Source: Camelus dromedarius
Lineage: Eukaryota
Length of the DNA stretch: 64,000 nucleotides
Assembly: GCF_036321535.1 (NCBI RefSeq)
Contig: NC_087436.1
Span: forward strand, 16,740,001-16,804,000
Direction of reading: 5' to 3'
A program made the translations under genes and the position numbers. Shown here one piece after another: positions 34,721 through 47,766 of the stretch (its first letter is position 1; each line of letters begins with the position of its first letter). The notes beneath the pieces were generated by a model, which was not told the DNA's origin, searched no databases, and saw nothing but the letters and a program-made list of their open reading frames with translations.

Positions 34721-37700
34721 TTTATTTAAAAAAATTCATTATATAAATTTCAGGTGTATGGCATTATAATTTGACATCTATATACATCACAAAGTGATAA
34801 CCACAAGTCTAGTTACCATCCGTCACCATAGTTGAACTCCTTGATGCATTTCATCCAGCCCCAACCCCTTGCTTCTCTGGTAACCACTAATCTGATCTCT
34901 GTATTGATGAGTTTGTTTTCTATTTTATTTTTTTTGTTGTCTATTTTGCTTCTTTAGATTATACATTCAAAGGAAACATACAGTATTTGTTTTTCTCTGT
35001 TTGACTTATTTTACTTAGCATAATACTTTCAGAGTCCATCTATGTTGTCACAAATGATAGGATTTCACTCCTTTCTATGGCTGAGTAATATTCCATTGTG
35101 TATATATAACACACATTCTTTATATATTTATTCATTGATGGACACTTAGGTTGTTTCCATATCTTAGCTATTGTAAATAGTGGTGCAATAAACATAAAGG
35201 TGCATTTTTTTTTCAAATTAGTGTTTTTGTGGTTTTTGAATAAATACCTAAAGTGGAATAGCTGGGTCATATGGTGGTTCTAGTATTAATTTTTTAAGGC
35301 TCCTCCATACTGTTTTCCATAGTGGCTGTACCAATTTACAATCTCACCAACAGTGTATGAGGGTTTTTCCCCTCCACATTGCCGCCAACATTTTTTTGTC
35401 TTTTCAAAGATAGTCATTCTAAAGGTATGAAGTGATACCACATTGTGGTTTTGAATTGCATTTCCTTAATAATTAGTGATGTTGAACATCTTTTCATGTG
35501 TCTTTTGGCTATCTGTATGTCTTCTTTGGAAAAATGTTCAGATCCTCTGCTCATATTTAGTTGGGTTGTTTGTTTTATTGTTGTTGAGTTGTATGAGTTT
35601 TTATATATTTTGGATATTAACCCCTTATTGGATATATGATTTGCAAACATCTTCTCCCATTCAGCTGGTTGTCTTTTCTTTTTTATGATGGTTTCCTTTG
35701 CTGTGCTGAAGCTGTTTAGTTTGATATAGTCCCATTTGTTTATTTTTGCTTTTGTTTCCCTTGTATTTGGAGTCAGATCTACAAAGACATCACTAAGACC
35801 AATGTCAATGAGGTTACCACCTGTTTTCTTCTAGGAATTTTATGGTTTTAGGTCTTACATTCCAGTCTGACTTGAGTTAATTTTGTGTATGGTATAAGAT
35901 AAAGGTCTAGTTTCATTCTTTTGCATGTGGCTATCCAGTTTTCCCAACACCATTTATTGAAAAGACTATTCTTCTTCATGTATGTTCTTTGCTCTTTTGT
36001 CATAAACTGATTATCCATATATCTGTGAGTTTATTTCTGGGCTGTCAGTTCTGTTCCATTGATCTGTGTGTCTTTTTTTGGTGCCAGTACCATACTGTTT
36101 GGATTACTGTAGCTTTGTAGTATAGTTTGAAATCAGGGCACATGATATACCCAGCTTTTTTGTTCTTTCTCAAGATTGTTTTGGCTGTTCGGGATTTTTT
36201 ATATTTCCATATAAGTTTTAGAATTATTTGTTCTAGGTCTGTGAAATATGCCACTGGAAATTTGTTAGAAATTACATTGAATCTTAGATTGCTTTGGGTA
36301 TTATGGTCATTTTAACAATGTTAATGCTTCCAGTCCATGAACATGGAATATCTTTCCATTTATCTGTGTCTTCTTCAATTCCTTTCATTAGTTTCTTATA
36401 GTTATTAATGTACAGGTCTTTTATCTACTTGGTTAACTTTATTCCTATGTATTTTGTTCTTTTTGATGCAATTGTAAATGAGATTGTTTTCTTAATTTCT
36501 CTTTCTGTTACTTTGTTTTCAGTGTATAGAAATGCCACAGATTTCTGTATATTGTTTTGTATCCTGTGATTTGACTGAATTCATTAATTAGTTCTGACAG
36601 TTTTTTTGTAGAGTCTTTAGGGTATCATGTCATCTGCAAGTAGTGCTAGTTTTCCATCTTTCTGATTTGGATGCCTTTTATTTCTTTTCCTTGCCTAATT
36701 GCTGTGGTTAGTACCTCCAATACTATATTGAATAAAAGTGGTGAGACTGGGCATCCTTATCTTGTCTCTGATCTTAAAGGAAAAGTGTTCAGCTTTTTGC
36801 TGCTTAGTATGATGTTAGCTGTGGGTTTGCAATATATAGCCTTTTCTATGTTAAGGTATGTTCCCTCTATACCCACCTTGTTGAGAGTTTTTATCATAAA
36901 CGTATGTTGAATTTTGTCAGATGCTTTTCTGTATCTGTTGAGATGATCATATGATTTTTATTCTTTATTGTGTTAATATGTTGTATCACATTGATTGATT
37001 TATGGATATTGAACCATTCTCGCATCCTTGGGGTAAATCCCAATATATTGTTGGATTTATTTTGTTAATATTTTGTTAAGGATTTTTACATCTATGTTCC
37101 TCAAGGATATCGGCCTGTAATTTACTTTTTTTTTTTTTTTGTGATATCTTTGTCTGTTTTTGGTATTTGGATAATGCTGGTTTTGTAAAATGTGTTTGGA
37201 AGGTTTCTTGCCTCTTCAATTTTTGGAAGATTTTGAGAAGGATAGGTATTAAATCATATTTTAATGTTTTGTAGAATTTGCCAATGAAGCCATCTGGCTC
37301 TTGGCTTTTGGTTTTTTTTTTTTTTTTTTTGAGGGGGAACATTTTGATATCCTTATTGTTAATTGGTCTTTCAAATTTTTTATTTCTTCTTGATTCAGTT
37401 TTGGAAGATTGTATGTTTCTAGGAGTATAGGTTGTTCAATCTGTTGGCATATATTTGTTTGTAGTAGTATCTTTGACCCTTCGTATTTCTGTGGTATCAG
37501 TTCTAACTTCTCTTTCATTTCTGATTTTGTTTAGTTGAATCCTCTCTCTCTCTCTCTTTTTTGGATTAGTCTAGCTAAAGGTTTGTTGATTTTTATCTTT
37601 TCAAAGAACCAGCTCTTAGATATTTTGATATTTTCTGTTTTTAGTTGTTATTTATTTCTTCTGATGTTTATCATTTCCTTCCTGCTAATTTGTGGTTTAT

Positions 37701-39372
37701 TTTATCTTATTTTAGTTTCTTTGGGTGTACATTGTTCATTTTTTTTTTCTTGTTTATTGTGGTAAGCTTATATTATTATGAACTATCCTTTTAGAACTGC
37801 TTTCGCTGCATCCCATAGATTTTGATATATTGTGTTTCTGTTTTCATTTGTTCTTAGGCATTTTTTGATTTCTTCTTCGATTTCTTCTATGACTCATTTG
37901 TTATTCAGTAGCACGCTATTTAATCTCCACTTTTTGTGGGTTTTTCTGTTGTTTTTTTTTTCCTTGTGTTTGATTTCTAGTTTCATGCCATTGTGATTGG
38001 AGAAGATGCTTGATATGATTTCAGTCTTCTTAAATTTATTGAGACTTGTTTCGTGACCTAGCAAGTAATCTATTTTGGAGTCAGTTCCATGTGCTCTTGA
38101 AACGAATGTGTATTCTGCTGCTTTTGGATGGAAAATCTTGTATATATCTGTTAAATTCATCTGATCTAATGTGTCATTTAAATCTAATATTTCCTTATTG
38201 ATTTTCCATCTGGATAGTCTGTACATTGATGTAAATTGGGAATTAAAGTACCTAACTAGTATTGTATTGCTTTCAGTTTCTCACTTTAAGACCATTAATA
38301 TTTGCTTTATATATCTTGGTGCTTCTCTCTTGGGTGCATATATATTTCTACATGTTACATCTTCTTGCTGGATTAACCCATTTATAATTCTCTAATGCCT
38401 TTCTTTCTTTGTCTTTTATTACAGTCTTTGTTTTAAAGTTTATTTTATCTGAAATGAATATAGCTACTCTAGCTCCCCCCCGCCCCCTTCATAGATAATC
38501 TTTTTCCATTCCTTCACTTTCAATTTGTGCATGTCCTTTCTTCTGAAGTGAGTCTCTTGTAGGTAGCATTTAGGTGGGTCTTTCTTTTTCTTTTTTTAAA
38601 ACCCATTCAGCCACATCCATTTATCTAGTCTTTGGTTAGTGAATTTAGTCCAATTACATTTAGAGAAATTGTTGATAGGTATGTACTTATTGCTATTGTG
38701 TTAATTGTTTTCTGGCTGTTTTCTAGGTCCTCTTTGTTCCTTTCTTCGCTTTCCCTTTCCTTTGTGTTTTGTTGGTTTTCTTTAGTATTTAGTATTATGT
38801 ATTTAGTATTATGATTAGTTTCCTTCTCAGTTTCTTTTGTGTATTTACTCTGAGGTTTTTTTCTTTCTGGTTACCATGAAGTTCACATTTGTAAATAGCA
38901 GTCTATTTTAATTTGGTAACAACTTAAGTTTGAGAACATTACAAAGCTTTATCTCTCCTACCCTACACTTTACACTTTTGATGACACATTTTACATCTTT
39001 ATTTTGTGCAGCCCTTAACTAATTATGGCAATTTGAGTTAATTTTATTAGTTTTGACTTTATTGTTCATGCTTACTTTATAAGTGATTGATCTACTACCT
39101 TTATTATATATTTATTTTTCCAGTGAGAGTGTTAGTTTTGTATGATTTTTAATTTTAATTAGTGCCATTTTGCAGCTTAAAGAAATCCCTTTACATTTCT
39201 TGTAAAGATGGTGTAGTGAGGAGGAACTTCTTTAGCTTTTGCTTATCTGGAAAACTCTTGATCTCTCCTTCAATTCTAAATGATAAACTTGCTGGGCAGA
39301 GAATTTTTGGTTGGGAATTTTTTTCTTTCAGCACTTTGAATATGTCATGCAACTCCCTCCTGGTCTATAAAA
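34721..39372 (-). mobile_element. ~4.65-kb decayed LINE-1 (3' end of ORF1, ORF2, 3' UTR)
   Basis: ORF-track fragments are L1 ORF2: endonuclease (37894-38226, LNDTLDQMNLTDIYKIFHPKAAEYTF), EPDGFIGKFY (37076-37342), PDFKLYYKATVIQTVWYW (36045-36254), C-terminal IAKIWKQPKCPS (35040-35270). Many frameshifts and stops. Confidence 0.95.
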
Positions 39373-39379
39373 TTGAATA

Positions 39380-42300
39380 GTGTTAGCATAGCATACTTTT
39401 CCCATTCTCTTCCTTCTAATCTCTTTATATTTTAAATGGATTTCATGTATATAGCATATAGTTGATCTTGCTTTTCATTCAATAAGACAGTCAATCTCTG
39501 CCCTTAAATTGGGGGTATTTTTTCCATTTACAGTTAATGTTATTATTGATATGATAAATTTAAAGCTATTTTCTCTTGGTTTTCTATTTTTTCCATCTAT
39601 TTTTGTTCTTTTTTTCCTTTGTTTCTACAACAAAGTGTTTTGGATTAATTGTTTTTTATTCCGTTTTACTCCTTTATTGGTTTATCAGCTATAATTCTTC
39701 GTTGCATTATTGTAATGATTGCTTTCAGTTTAACCTTTACCATAACACGTTCTACCTTTAAATGACATTATACTACTTAATGAATAAAATAGATAACTTA
39801 CAAATTTTCTTACACTTATCTTCTCATGGACTTTGCGCTCTTGCCATAAATTTTAATTATGTTATATATGCCACAATATATTGTTATTTTTGTTTTAAAT
39901 AATTATCTTTTAAAGGGATTTAAGTAATGATTAAACAGTCTTTTACATTTAACCACACATTTACCATTTTTTGTGCTCTTTATTCCTTTATTTGGGTCCA
40001 GATTTCTATGTATTATCATTTCCCAGGTGCCTGATGGCCTTACTTTAACATTTATTATAGTGCAGACTTTCTGGTGATAAATTATTTCTGTGTTTATATG
40101 TCTGAAAAGGTCTTTATTTCACTTTTGTATTTTTTAAACTGATTTAGTAAGTTTCAATTAATATACCATAAATTTAATTAATTTTAAATACAGAATTCAA
40201 TGATTTTTTAGTATATTTACAGAGTTGTGCAACCATCCTCACTATTTACATTTAGAACCTTTCCTTTACCCCAGAAAGAAATCTCATGCCATTTGTAGTC
40301 ACTCCTCATTCTTGCCCCCAGTTATGTGCTATCACTAATCTACTTCCTGTCAGTCTTGTTTTGCTTTTTGTGGGCATTTCAATAGCTGGAATCATATAAT
40401 ATGTGTTCATTTGTGTCTTGCTTCTTTGACTAAGCATTGTGTTTTTTGACATTCTTCCATATTGTGTCAAATATTGGTACTTCGTTCCTTTTTATCTACA
40501 AATAGAATTCCATTGTATGGGTATAAACACATTTTTTAAATCCATTCATCAGATGATAAACATTTGGATTGTTTCCACTTTTTGAGTAGTGTGAATAATT
40601 CTGTCATGAACAGTTACACATAAGTCTTTGTGTGAACATGTTTTCATTTCTCCTGGATAGATACCTCAGAGTTGAATTGCTGGGTCATATGGTTATTCTA
40701 TATTTAACATTTTCAGAAATTATAAACTATTTTCCAAAGTGGGTATACACTATTTTTCATTTCCATTGCAGTGTGTAAGTGTTCCTATTTCTTCAGATCC
40801 TTGTCAACACTTGATATTGTCTGCCTTTTTGATTGTTCGCCATTCTAGTGTGTGTGAAGTGGTATCTCATTATAGTTTTGATATGCATTACCCTATGACT
40901 AATGGTGTTGATCATATTTTGCTGTGCTTATTGGCCATTAGTAAGTCATATCTTTTTTTTTAAAGGCTTTATTTTTTGTGAGAGAAGTTTTAGGTTTACA
41001 GTAAAATTAAGAGGAAGGGACAGAGATTTCCCATATACCTCCTGCACCCAGACATGCATAGACTTCTGACATTATCACCATCATTCACTGAAATGGTACT
41101 TTTTTTTTTTTAAACCTAGGATGAACCTACATTGACACCTGATAATCACCCAAAGTCCGTAGTTTATCTTAGAGTTCACTCTTGGTATTGTACACTCTCT
41201 GGATTTGGAAAAATGTATAATGACATGTATTTATTATTATAATGTCATACAGAGTATTTTCACTGCCCTAAAAATTCTCTGTGCTCTGCTTCTTCATATC
41301 TTCCCACCCCCATTCCCTAACCACTCATCTTTTTATTATCTCCACAGTTTTGACTTTTCCAGAATATTATATAGTTGGAATCACATAGTAGTAATATGCA
41401 TTTAAGGTTCCTTTATGTCTTTTCATGTACTGACAGATTTTTTTCTTTTTAGCACTGAATAATATTCCATTGTCGGGATGTACACACAGGTAAAGGCACC
41501 CATTCATTTACTGAAGGACATGTTGATTGCTTCTGAGTTTTGGCGCTTTTGCTTTAAATCTTGCTTTAAACAACAAGAACATACTGTATGGCATAGGGAA
41601 CTATATTCAATACCTTCTAGTAACCTATGATGGAAAATTTTCTGAAAAAGAATATAGATAGATAGATACATGCTTGTATAATTGAATCACTTTGTTGTAT
41701 ACCTGAAACATTGCAAATCAACTATAGTTCAATAAAAGGAAAGAAATTTGCTTTAAATAATTATCTCTTAAAGGAATTGATGAATAAAACTTCTATAAAT
41801 ATCCTTGTGCACATTTTTCTATAGACATAAGATTTCAGCTCCTTTGAGTAAATGCCAAGGAGCATGGTTACTTGATTGTAGAGTATGTTTAGTTGTATAA
41901 GAAATTGCTAAATTGTCTTCCAGAGTGGCTGTACCATTTTGTGTTTCCACCAGTGATGTATTAGAATTCCCATTGCTCCCCATTCTTGCCAGAATTTGAT
42001 ATCAGTGTTCAGGATTTTATTTATTCTAGATATATACTTTTGTTTTTGAAACATGTTTTTCCTCGGTTTAGAATTCTAGGTTAGTATTTATTTTCTTTCA
42101 GTACTTTGAAGATGTGGCTCCAGTTCCTTTTAGGTTTTCGTTGGTTCAGTTTGTATTTTTGTTACTGTGTTTGAAACGTTTTTTTTCCCTTGGTTGCTTT
42201 AATATTTTTCTCTTTATCACTGGTTTTAAACACTTTGTTGTGGTTCATTTTTCTTGAGCTTGGGATTTATTGAGCTTCTTGGATCTGGGGTTGTATAGTT

Positions 42301-42830
42301 TTCATCAAATTTGGAAAGTTTTTGGACATTATATCTTCAGGTATTTTTCTGTCCTCCCCTTCTTTTTCAAGGGTTAAATTAAATAGATGATTAACAGAAC
42401 ATCCATAAGTTGTAAGACCACTTTAAGTATTCACACAACTCACTTATGTTTTATTTTTCTCCCAGTCTTTTTTCTTTCTGTGTTTCACTTTTGATAATTT
42501 CTACTGCTACACTTTCAGGTTTACTAATCTCTCTTCTCACAATATTTATCTCTGTTAATCCCATCTAGTGTATTTTTTATCTTAGACATTGTGGTTTGCA
42601 TCTCTAGAGTTTAAATGTTAAATAACTTACAGATTTTCACTTAATATGCTCAATCTTTCCTCTAGCTATTTGAACATGTGGAATACAGTAGTAATCCTAA
42701 TATTCTCATCTGCAAATTTTATCTTGTATGTAATTTCTGGGTTTGTTTGGTTTTCTTTTTTCTCATTGTGGGTCATATTGGCTGGTTATTTGCATGCTTT
42801 ATCATTTTTGATTGGATGTCAAACATTGTG
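39380..42830 (-). mobile_element. Nested L1 cluster: old L1M (39380-40130 and 42030-42830) interrupted by L1MB-like (40140-40945) and L1MC1-like (40965-42030) 3' ends
   Basis: L1MB-type TATATTTACAGAGTTGTGCAACCATC. L1MC1-type TAGGTTTACAGTAAAATT...GATGAACCTACATTGACAC...TCACCCAAAGTCC. The ORF1-like sequence breaks at ~40130 and resumes at ~42030. Confidence 0.8.
41571..41747 (+). mobile_element. Short cetartiodactyl-type L1 3' end with TSD
   Basis: CAACAAG..ATACTGTATGGCATAGGGAACTATATTCAATA...GAATCACTTTGTTGTATACCTGAAAC...AATCAACTATA. TTGCTTTAAA at 41561-41570 and 41748-41757. Confidence 0.85.
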
Positions 42831-43001
42831 AATCATAGCAGTTGGGTACATCTTGGCCAAAATTGGAGGTCCTATACATTATCATAAAATTTCTAAATAT
42901 AAAATATCATGGTTAGTTTTACTTAAATTTAACAGAATCATAGGATTCTAGAGTGAAAATGAAACAACAGAATTTTAGCTCAGTGTTACTTTACTTTTAG
43001 C

Positions 43002-43180
43002 TAGGAATCAACAAACTACAAATTCAGTCATGGCCTGGTTTTGTGAAGCTTGGGATCTAAGGTTGGTTTTTACATTTCTGAAGGGTTGTAAAAGAAACAA
43101 ATACAAATATAACAGAGACTGTATGTGGCCCACAAAGCCTAAATATTTACTTTATGACAATCTACAAAAAATTTGTAAAA
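43002..43180. mobile_element. MER58C-like hAT MITE
   Basis: CAAACTAC...GGTTTTTACATTT..AAGGGTTGTAAAAG...CAGAGACTGTATGTGGCCCACAAAGCCTAAATATTTAC. Confidence 0.8.
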
Positions 43181-43959
43181 TAAATTCCTATAAGGGTTAT
43201 GGTTAGAAACTTACTAGGAAGGTTAAATTAAGTTGTTTGAGTGATTAAAAAGTTACATGAGTCAATTTATGAGATAATATACATTTTCTCCCTGATGTGA
43301 ATCATGAGGAAATAATTATTCTTTTACTCCTAACCATCTCTCCACCAACCTTTCAACTTTGTTGATTATATTGTTTTTCTTTGTCAAGGTTTAAAATATT
43401 CAGATCATATTTTCTAATAAATTACTGTAATTTTTAAATAGATGTATTTAAACTGATTCAATGGCAACTAAAACTTTGTTTATTTATCCTTGCTTTTCCT
43501 TTCTGAGTCCCTTATTTTACCTATTTCTTGATTGGCAGGATTTCACTTTTCATGAGACTATCATAGAAAGTACATTTCTTATGATTTTGTGAGATTAATA
43601 AAGTCAGTTGCCTGAATCTCATAGGAAAAGCTGAATGAATATAAAATCCTAAGATTATACTCTTTTTCTGTTAGAACATTTTAGTTATTGCTCCATTGTC
43701 TTCTGGCAGTTACTGCGAAGAATATGAAGTTAGATTAATTCCTATGATTAGAACACTTATATTTTTTCTACTTATATCATGAGGAATTGGGAAATTATTA
43801 TTTATTAAAGCTGTGAATGCTTTTTCTGTTCTATTTGTTAGATAACATTTATCTTTACATTAAATTATTTTATTTACTCTTCATATCTATTAATTTCTCT
43901 TTCATTTCTTCAGTCTTTGTAATTTGCTTTGATTAATTAATTCATTAACTTATATATCC

Positions 43960-44460
43960 ATATATTCATTTATTCAACAAATATTCCACATATATAGTTT
44001 AACAACAGTTAACAAAACAAAGTCACTGTGCCCTTGGATTTTACATTATGGTACAGGGAGAAATACAATAAGCATAAATAAGTAAAAACATATCAGGTGG
44101 TGAAATGTGAGTGCTGTGGAGAAAATAAAGCAGTCAGATGTCAGCAATACATGTTGAGTAGGGGCAGGAATTCTTTTTTTTTTTCAGGAAAGGTGTCTCC
44201 AACAAAATAATCTTTAATTAGGTACCTAAGGAAGGTGAGCTATGAGCTAAGCAGAAACCTGGGAACAGCTATCCAGGCAGAAGGTTTGAAAGCCCTGAGC
44301 TGGTGGTGATTTTGTCATATTTGATGAACTTCTAGGCCATTGTAGCTAGAGAAAATGTGCAATGGCAAAAATGGAAAATGAGGTGAGAACAGTGGTAGCA
44401 AGGGCCCAAATTGTAGAAATGACTTGGGATTTCACTTGAAGACAGAAAGCCTTTGGAAAG
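43960..44460 (-). mobile_element. L2a 3' end
   Basis: ATTCATTTATTCAACAAATATT...AACAAAACAAAGTC...GTGCTGTGGAGAAAATAAAGCAG...TCCAGGCAGAAG. Confidence 0.8.
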
Positions 44461-44870
44461 TCTATTAGTTTCCCATTGCTGTGTAACAAATGATCACAAA
44501 TTAAGTGACTGAAAACAACACACACATTTATTATCTCAGTTTCTGTGGGCCAGGATTCTGGGCATGGCTTGAATGTGTTTTTTGTGCTCCAGGTCTCAGA
44601 AGGCTTCATTCACTGTCTTCAGGTTGCATTCTCAATTGAAGGCTTGACTGGGGAAGAATCCATTTCTAAGCTCATTTAGGTTGTTGGCAGAATCCATTTT
44701 CTTGTGGTTATATAACTGAAGAGAGCAATTTTTTGCTGATTGTTGGCTGGATATGGCTTCAGGTCCTAGAGGCCACTTGCAGTCCCTAGAGCCCCAACGG
44801 TTATTGTACTTCTTTGCTATGTGGGCTTCTTCATATGGCTGCTCACTTCATCAAGTCCACAGGGAGAGCC
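44461..44870 (-). mobile_element. MaLR LTR (MLT1E/F-like)
   Basis: TATTAGTTTCCCATTGCTGTGTAACAAATGATCACAAA...TTTATTATCTCAGTTTCTGTGGGCCAGGA...GGCTTGACTGGGGAAGAATCC...GTTGTTGGCAGAAT. Confidence 0.85.
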
Positions 44871-45330
44871 CCAAATACCTATTACAGGCACAGAAGATAA
44901 CAGTTCTCAGGGAATAAATCTCAATACTACAACAATTAAATGAAAATTCTTTTAATGTTACTAGAAGTCTTTAGAAGGGTGACATATGAATCTCATTGCT
45001 AAACCAGCTAGTTTCTAAGTTTTATAGAAAAAAAAGATTTTAAAGGCTGAAAGAGACATATAAAACAGGTTGTATCAGGTTATTAGGGAGCTAATATCGA
45101 ATTGGACAATTTCTATAAAAATAACGTGCTTGTCTTTTTATCATGGGCATTTTTTCCTTTGTCTGCCTTCAGTGCTCTAATACTGGATGTCAGTGGTCAT
45201 GCATTCTTGAAGAATGGAAACAGACAAATGTGCAATTTAAAAATGTCCAGGAATTTGCTGCCAGTGACTCTAAGAGTGGGGTAGAATTTTGTCTTAGAGG
45301 TAGGGTCTTTGTCCTGAAAGGGAAGATTTT

Positions 45331-45470
45331 AGTACTGTTGGTCATAGATGTAAGATAAAGATAAGTACTGTTGGTCATAGATGTAAGATAAATCATTTTT
45401 AGTACTGTTGGTCATAGATGTAAGATAAAGATAAGTACTGTTGGTCATAGATGTAAGATAAATCATTTTT
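45331..45470. repeat. Higher-order tandem repeat: 4 x 29-bp unit arranged as a perfect 70-bp duplication
   Basis: AGTACTGTTGGTCATAGATGTAAGATAAA at 45331, 45364, 45401 and 45434. Linkers GATA and TCATTTTT alternate. Confidence 0.95.
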
Positions 45471-46089
45471 CTGTTGATAGCTCTGGAATTTGGAGAAATC
45501 ATTCAAAGCAGATAATTCAGAGTGGGATGTTAAATATTGCGTTCAAGGTTGTAAATATCTGATGTAACCAGGGCAGAAATCTATATATAGAATGAGAAGT
45601 GGTCTGGAGGAGCCTGGGTGTGATAGGAAGGGGAGCTTATTTTGCTGGAACACAGAAAAATTATAGTTTTAAAATATCTTGAATCTAGCCATCTTACCAA
45701 TTTTTCAAAATTCTAGTCATTATCACTAGTATTATACAATCTTAGTAGCAGAAAAGATGTTTTTATCTCCTCTTATTCAGTATTTATTCATTACAACTTT
45801 TAAGACAGTTTTGAATAGTGGTAATGAAGACATCCCTCTTTACATTCTGATTTTACTTGAAATTGTCTTAGCTCTTATTTTTGGGGAAGTCAAAAAATGA
45901 ACTTCATGTTATGTAATTTTTCAAATTAATCTCCCTTATTTATCCCCATAAATTTTGCCATGAAAGTGATAATAATAGCAAATTGGTAAGTATTTTCCTG
46001 TATTTCTATATGGGTATTATAATCAGATGAACTATGCTTCCCACAAGTTGTGATTATAGAATGTAGCTATGTGCCTAGTAGCTACAGTT

Positions 46090-46338
46090 ATCGATGAGCA
46101 ATATGTTATAACAGAAAGACGTTATATTTGGAATTAGAAAATTTCAATTCAAACCTTGAACCTATCATTTGTTAGCTACACATGTCATTAGATAAATCAT
46201 TTAGTTTCTCTGAGCCTTAGTTTTCCCATCTACAAGTGGGGATAGTGTTGTGTTATTTATTTCATAGCTTTGATTTAAGGAAAAAAAATAAGATTTTTGT
46301 AAAGCACTTGATAAACTACAAATCATTGTATACCATAC
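46090..46338 (+). mobile_element. MIR SINE
   Basis: TTAGTTTCTCTGAGCCTTAGTTTTCCCATCTACAAGTGGGGATAG...TGTAAAGCACTT. Confidence 0.8.
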
Positions 46339-46339
46339 T

Positions 46340-46465
46340 TAGGGTGACCATATGTCGCAGTTTTCCTTGGACAGACTTGGTTTATGTCTGTTTCCCAGCT
46401 TTATTTTTAAAAGCACCTCTCTCACTCTCAAAAGTGTCTTAGCTTGAATAATAGCTTTTGTCACA
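46340..46465. mobile_element. MER94-like hAT-Blackjack MITE
   Basis: TAGGGTGACCATATGTC...GGACAG...GGTTTATGTCTG...CTCACTCTCAAAAGTGTC. Confidence 0.75.
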
Positions 46466-46628
46466 CAAAATATAGTTGTTCTCTTTATACCTGTCATCCT
46501 AGGTAGATTGGAAACTGACTGAGGACAGGGATAGTTATCCATCTTCATGTTACTTACACCACCTAGCCCAGTGCCTTTCATTTAGGGTACTCTTAATCCT
46601 TGAATTAATGAATATATATATATATATA

Positions 46629-46785
46629 TTTTTTTTGGGTTGGGGGAGGTACGTACGTATGTATGTATGTATGTATGTATGTATGTATGTATGTATGTAT
46701 GTATTAATGGAGGTACTGGGGATCGAACCCAGTACCTTATGCATGCTAAGCATGCACTCTACCACTGATCTATACCCTCCCCTCC
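46629..46785 (-). mobile_element. Vic-1-type camelid tRNA-derived SINE with internal (TACA)n microsatellite
   Basis: Reverse strand reads GGAGGGTATAGATCAGTGGTAGAGTGCATGCTTAGCATGCATAAGGTACTGGGTTCGATCCCCAGTACCTCCATTAA, then (TACA)n, ACCTCCCCC and an A tail. Confidence 0.9.
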
Positions 46786-47736
46786 AAATATTTTTAAAAT
46801 AGATGTATAAACATGTGATAGTGTTTGATCATGAGCATTGTTATCTTGGCCAATATCTAAAACTTAAAATAGGTTGAGTGGGAGGAACTTGCAGCTGTAT
46901 AATATACTACTTTTTTCAACTTGTGCAAACAAAGCATAATTTAAGAGATGTACCAGCAATGAATTAGAAAATACGCATTTAGAATTGTGAATTTAGTCAA
47001 AAGCCTTGTGCCACACATGGTGAGTCTATGGCCTGTGTTGACAAATAGAACTCCTGAAAAGAACATTATAAGATTAGAAATGAAGAGATGATGGTTTTAT
47101 CTTAGATTATTTGGTAGTTTTTAGTAGTTTTGGGAACTCATTATCTTGTCTGTTTATCAGCAGATTTAAGGTTCTGCTGAGCTGCCAATGGCTTGCTGGG
47201 TTATTATTAGCTTTCCCTCTGTAGATCTTAAAAAATTTTAGACATTACTTCTTGGTCTGGAAATATGTGTTCTGGGTCATATCTTGAGGCATTTGTTTTC
47301 GGAGAAACAACATTCAATCAGATGCTTATTTCAGAGAAGATTTTGCATTTACTCATTTCAAGAAACATGAGTAAAATCAATAGATCTATATCTTAGAAAT
47401 GTTGAGTTTGGGGTAAAATGAAAGAAAGTACTTTACCTTTTAAATGTTCACAAAAAAGGAGGAATAATCCAAAGTGAAGTACTTGAGTGGTTGCGTTGCC
47501 AAAGTAACCTCTTGGATTTTTTTTTTTTTTTTTTTTGAGAAAAAGAACCCAAGAAAAATATTGGCTTATTTCCAGGATCATTAAGTGGCAATGGAGCAGT
47601 CAAACCCATGAAGCTGTCCAATAATGTGGAAGTGATTACTTGGTGGTGAGAAAAATGAATGTCTCCTTATTATTGCAGCATTTTAACTTGCTGAATTAAA
47701 AAAAATGAAAAACTTTTTCAAACTTCATATATATAT

Positions 47737-47766
47737 GTGTATGTGTATATATATATACACATACAC
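47737..47766. repeat. Perfect 30-bp alternating purine-pyrimidine palindrome
   Basis: GTGTATGTGTATATATATATACACATACAC equals its own reverse complement. Confidence 0.95.

Noticed and set aside
35040..38226. Functional endonuclease/reverse transcriptase gene
   Set aside because: Fragments of a decayed L1 ORF2 broken by many frameshifts and stops.
45331..45470. CRISPR-like array of identical 29-nt repeats
   Set aside because: Linkers are only 4-8 nt and themselves repeat, there are no cas genes, and the context is mammalian. It is a nested tandem duplication.
46710..46785. tRNA gene (also 48563-48640)
   Set aside because: The tRNA-like heads run into the Vic-1 body and A-rich tail, with a TSD at the second copy. 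They are SINEs.
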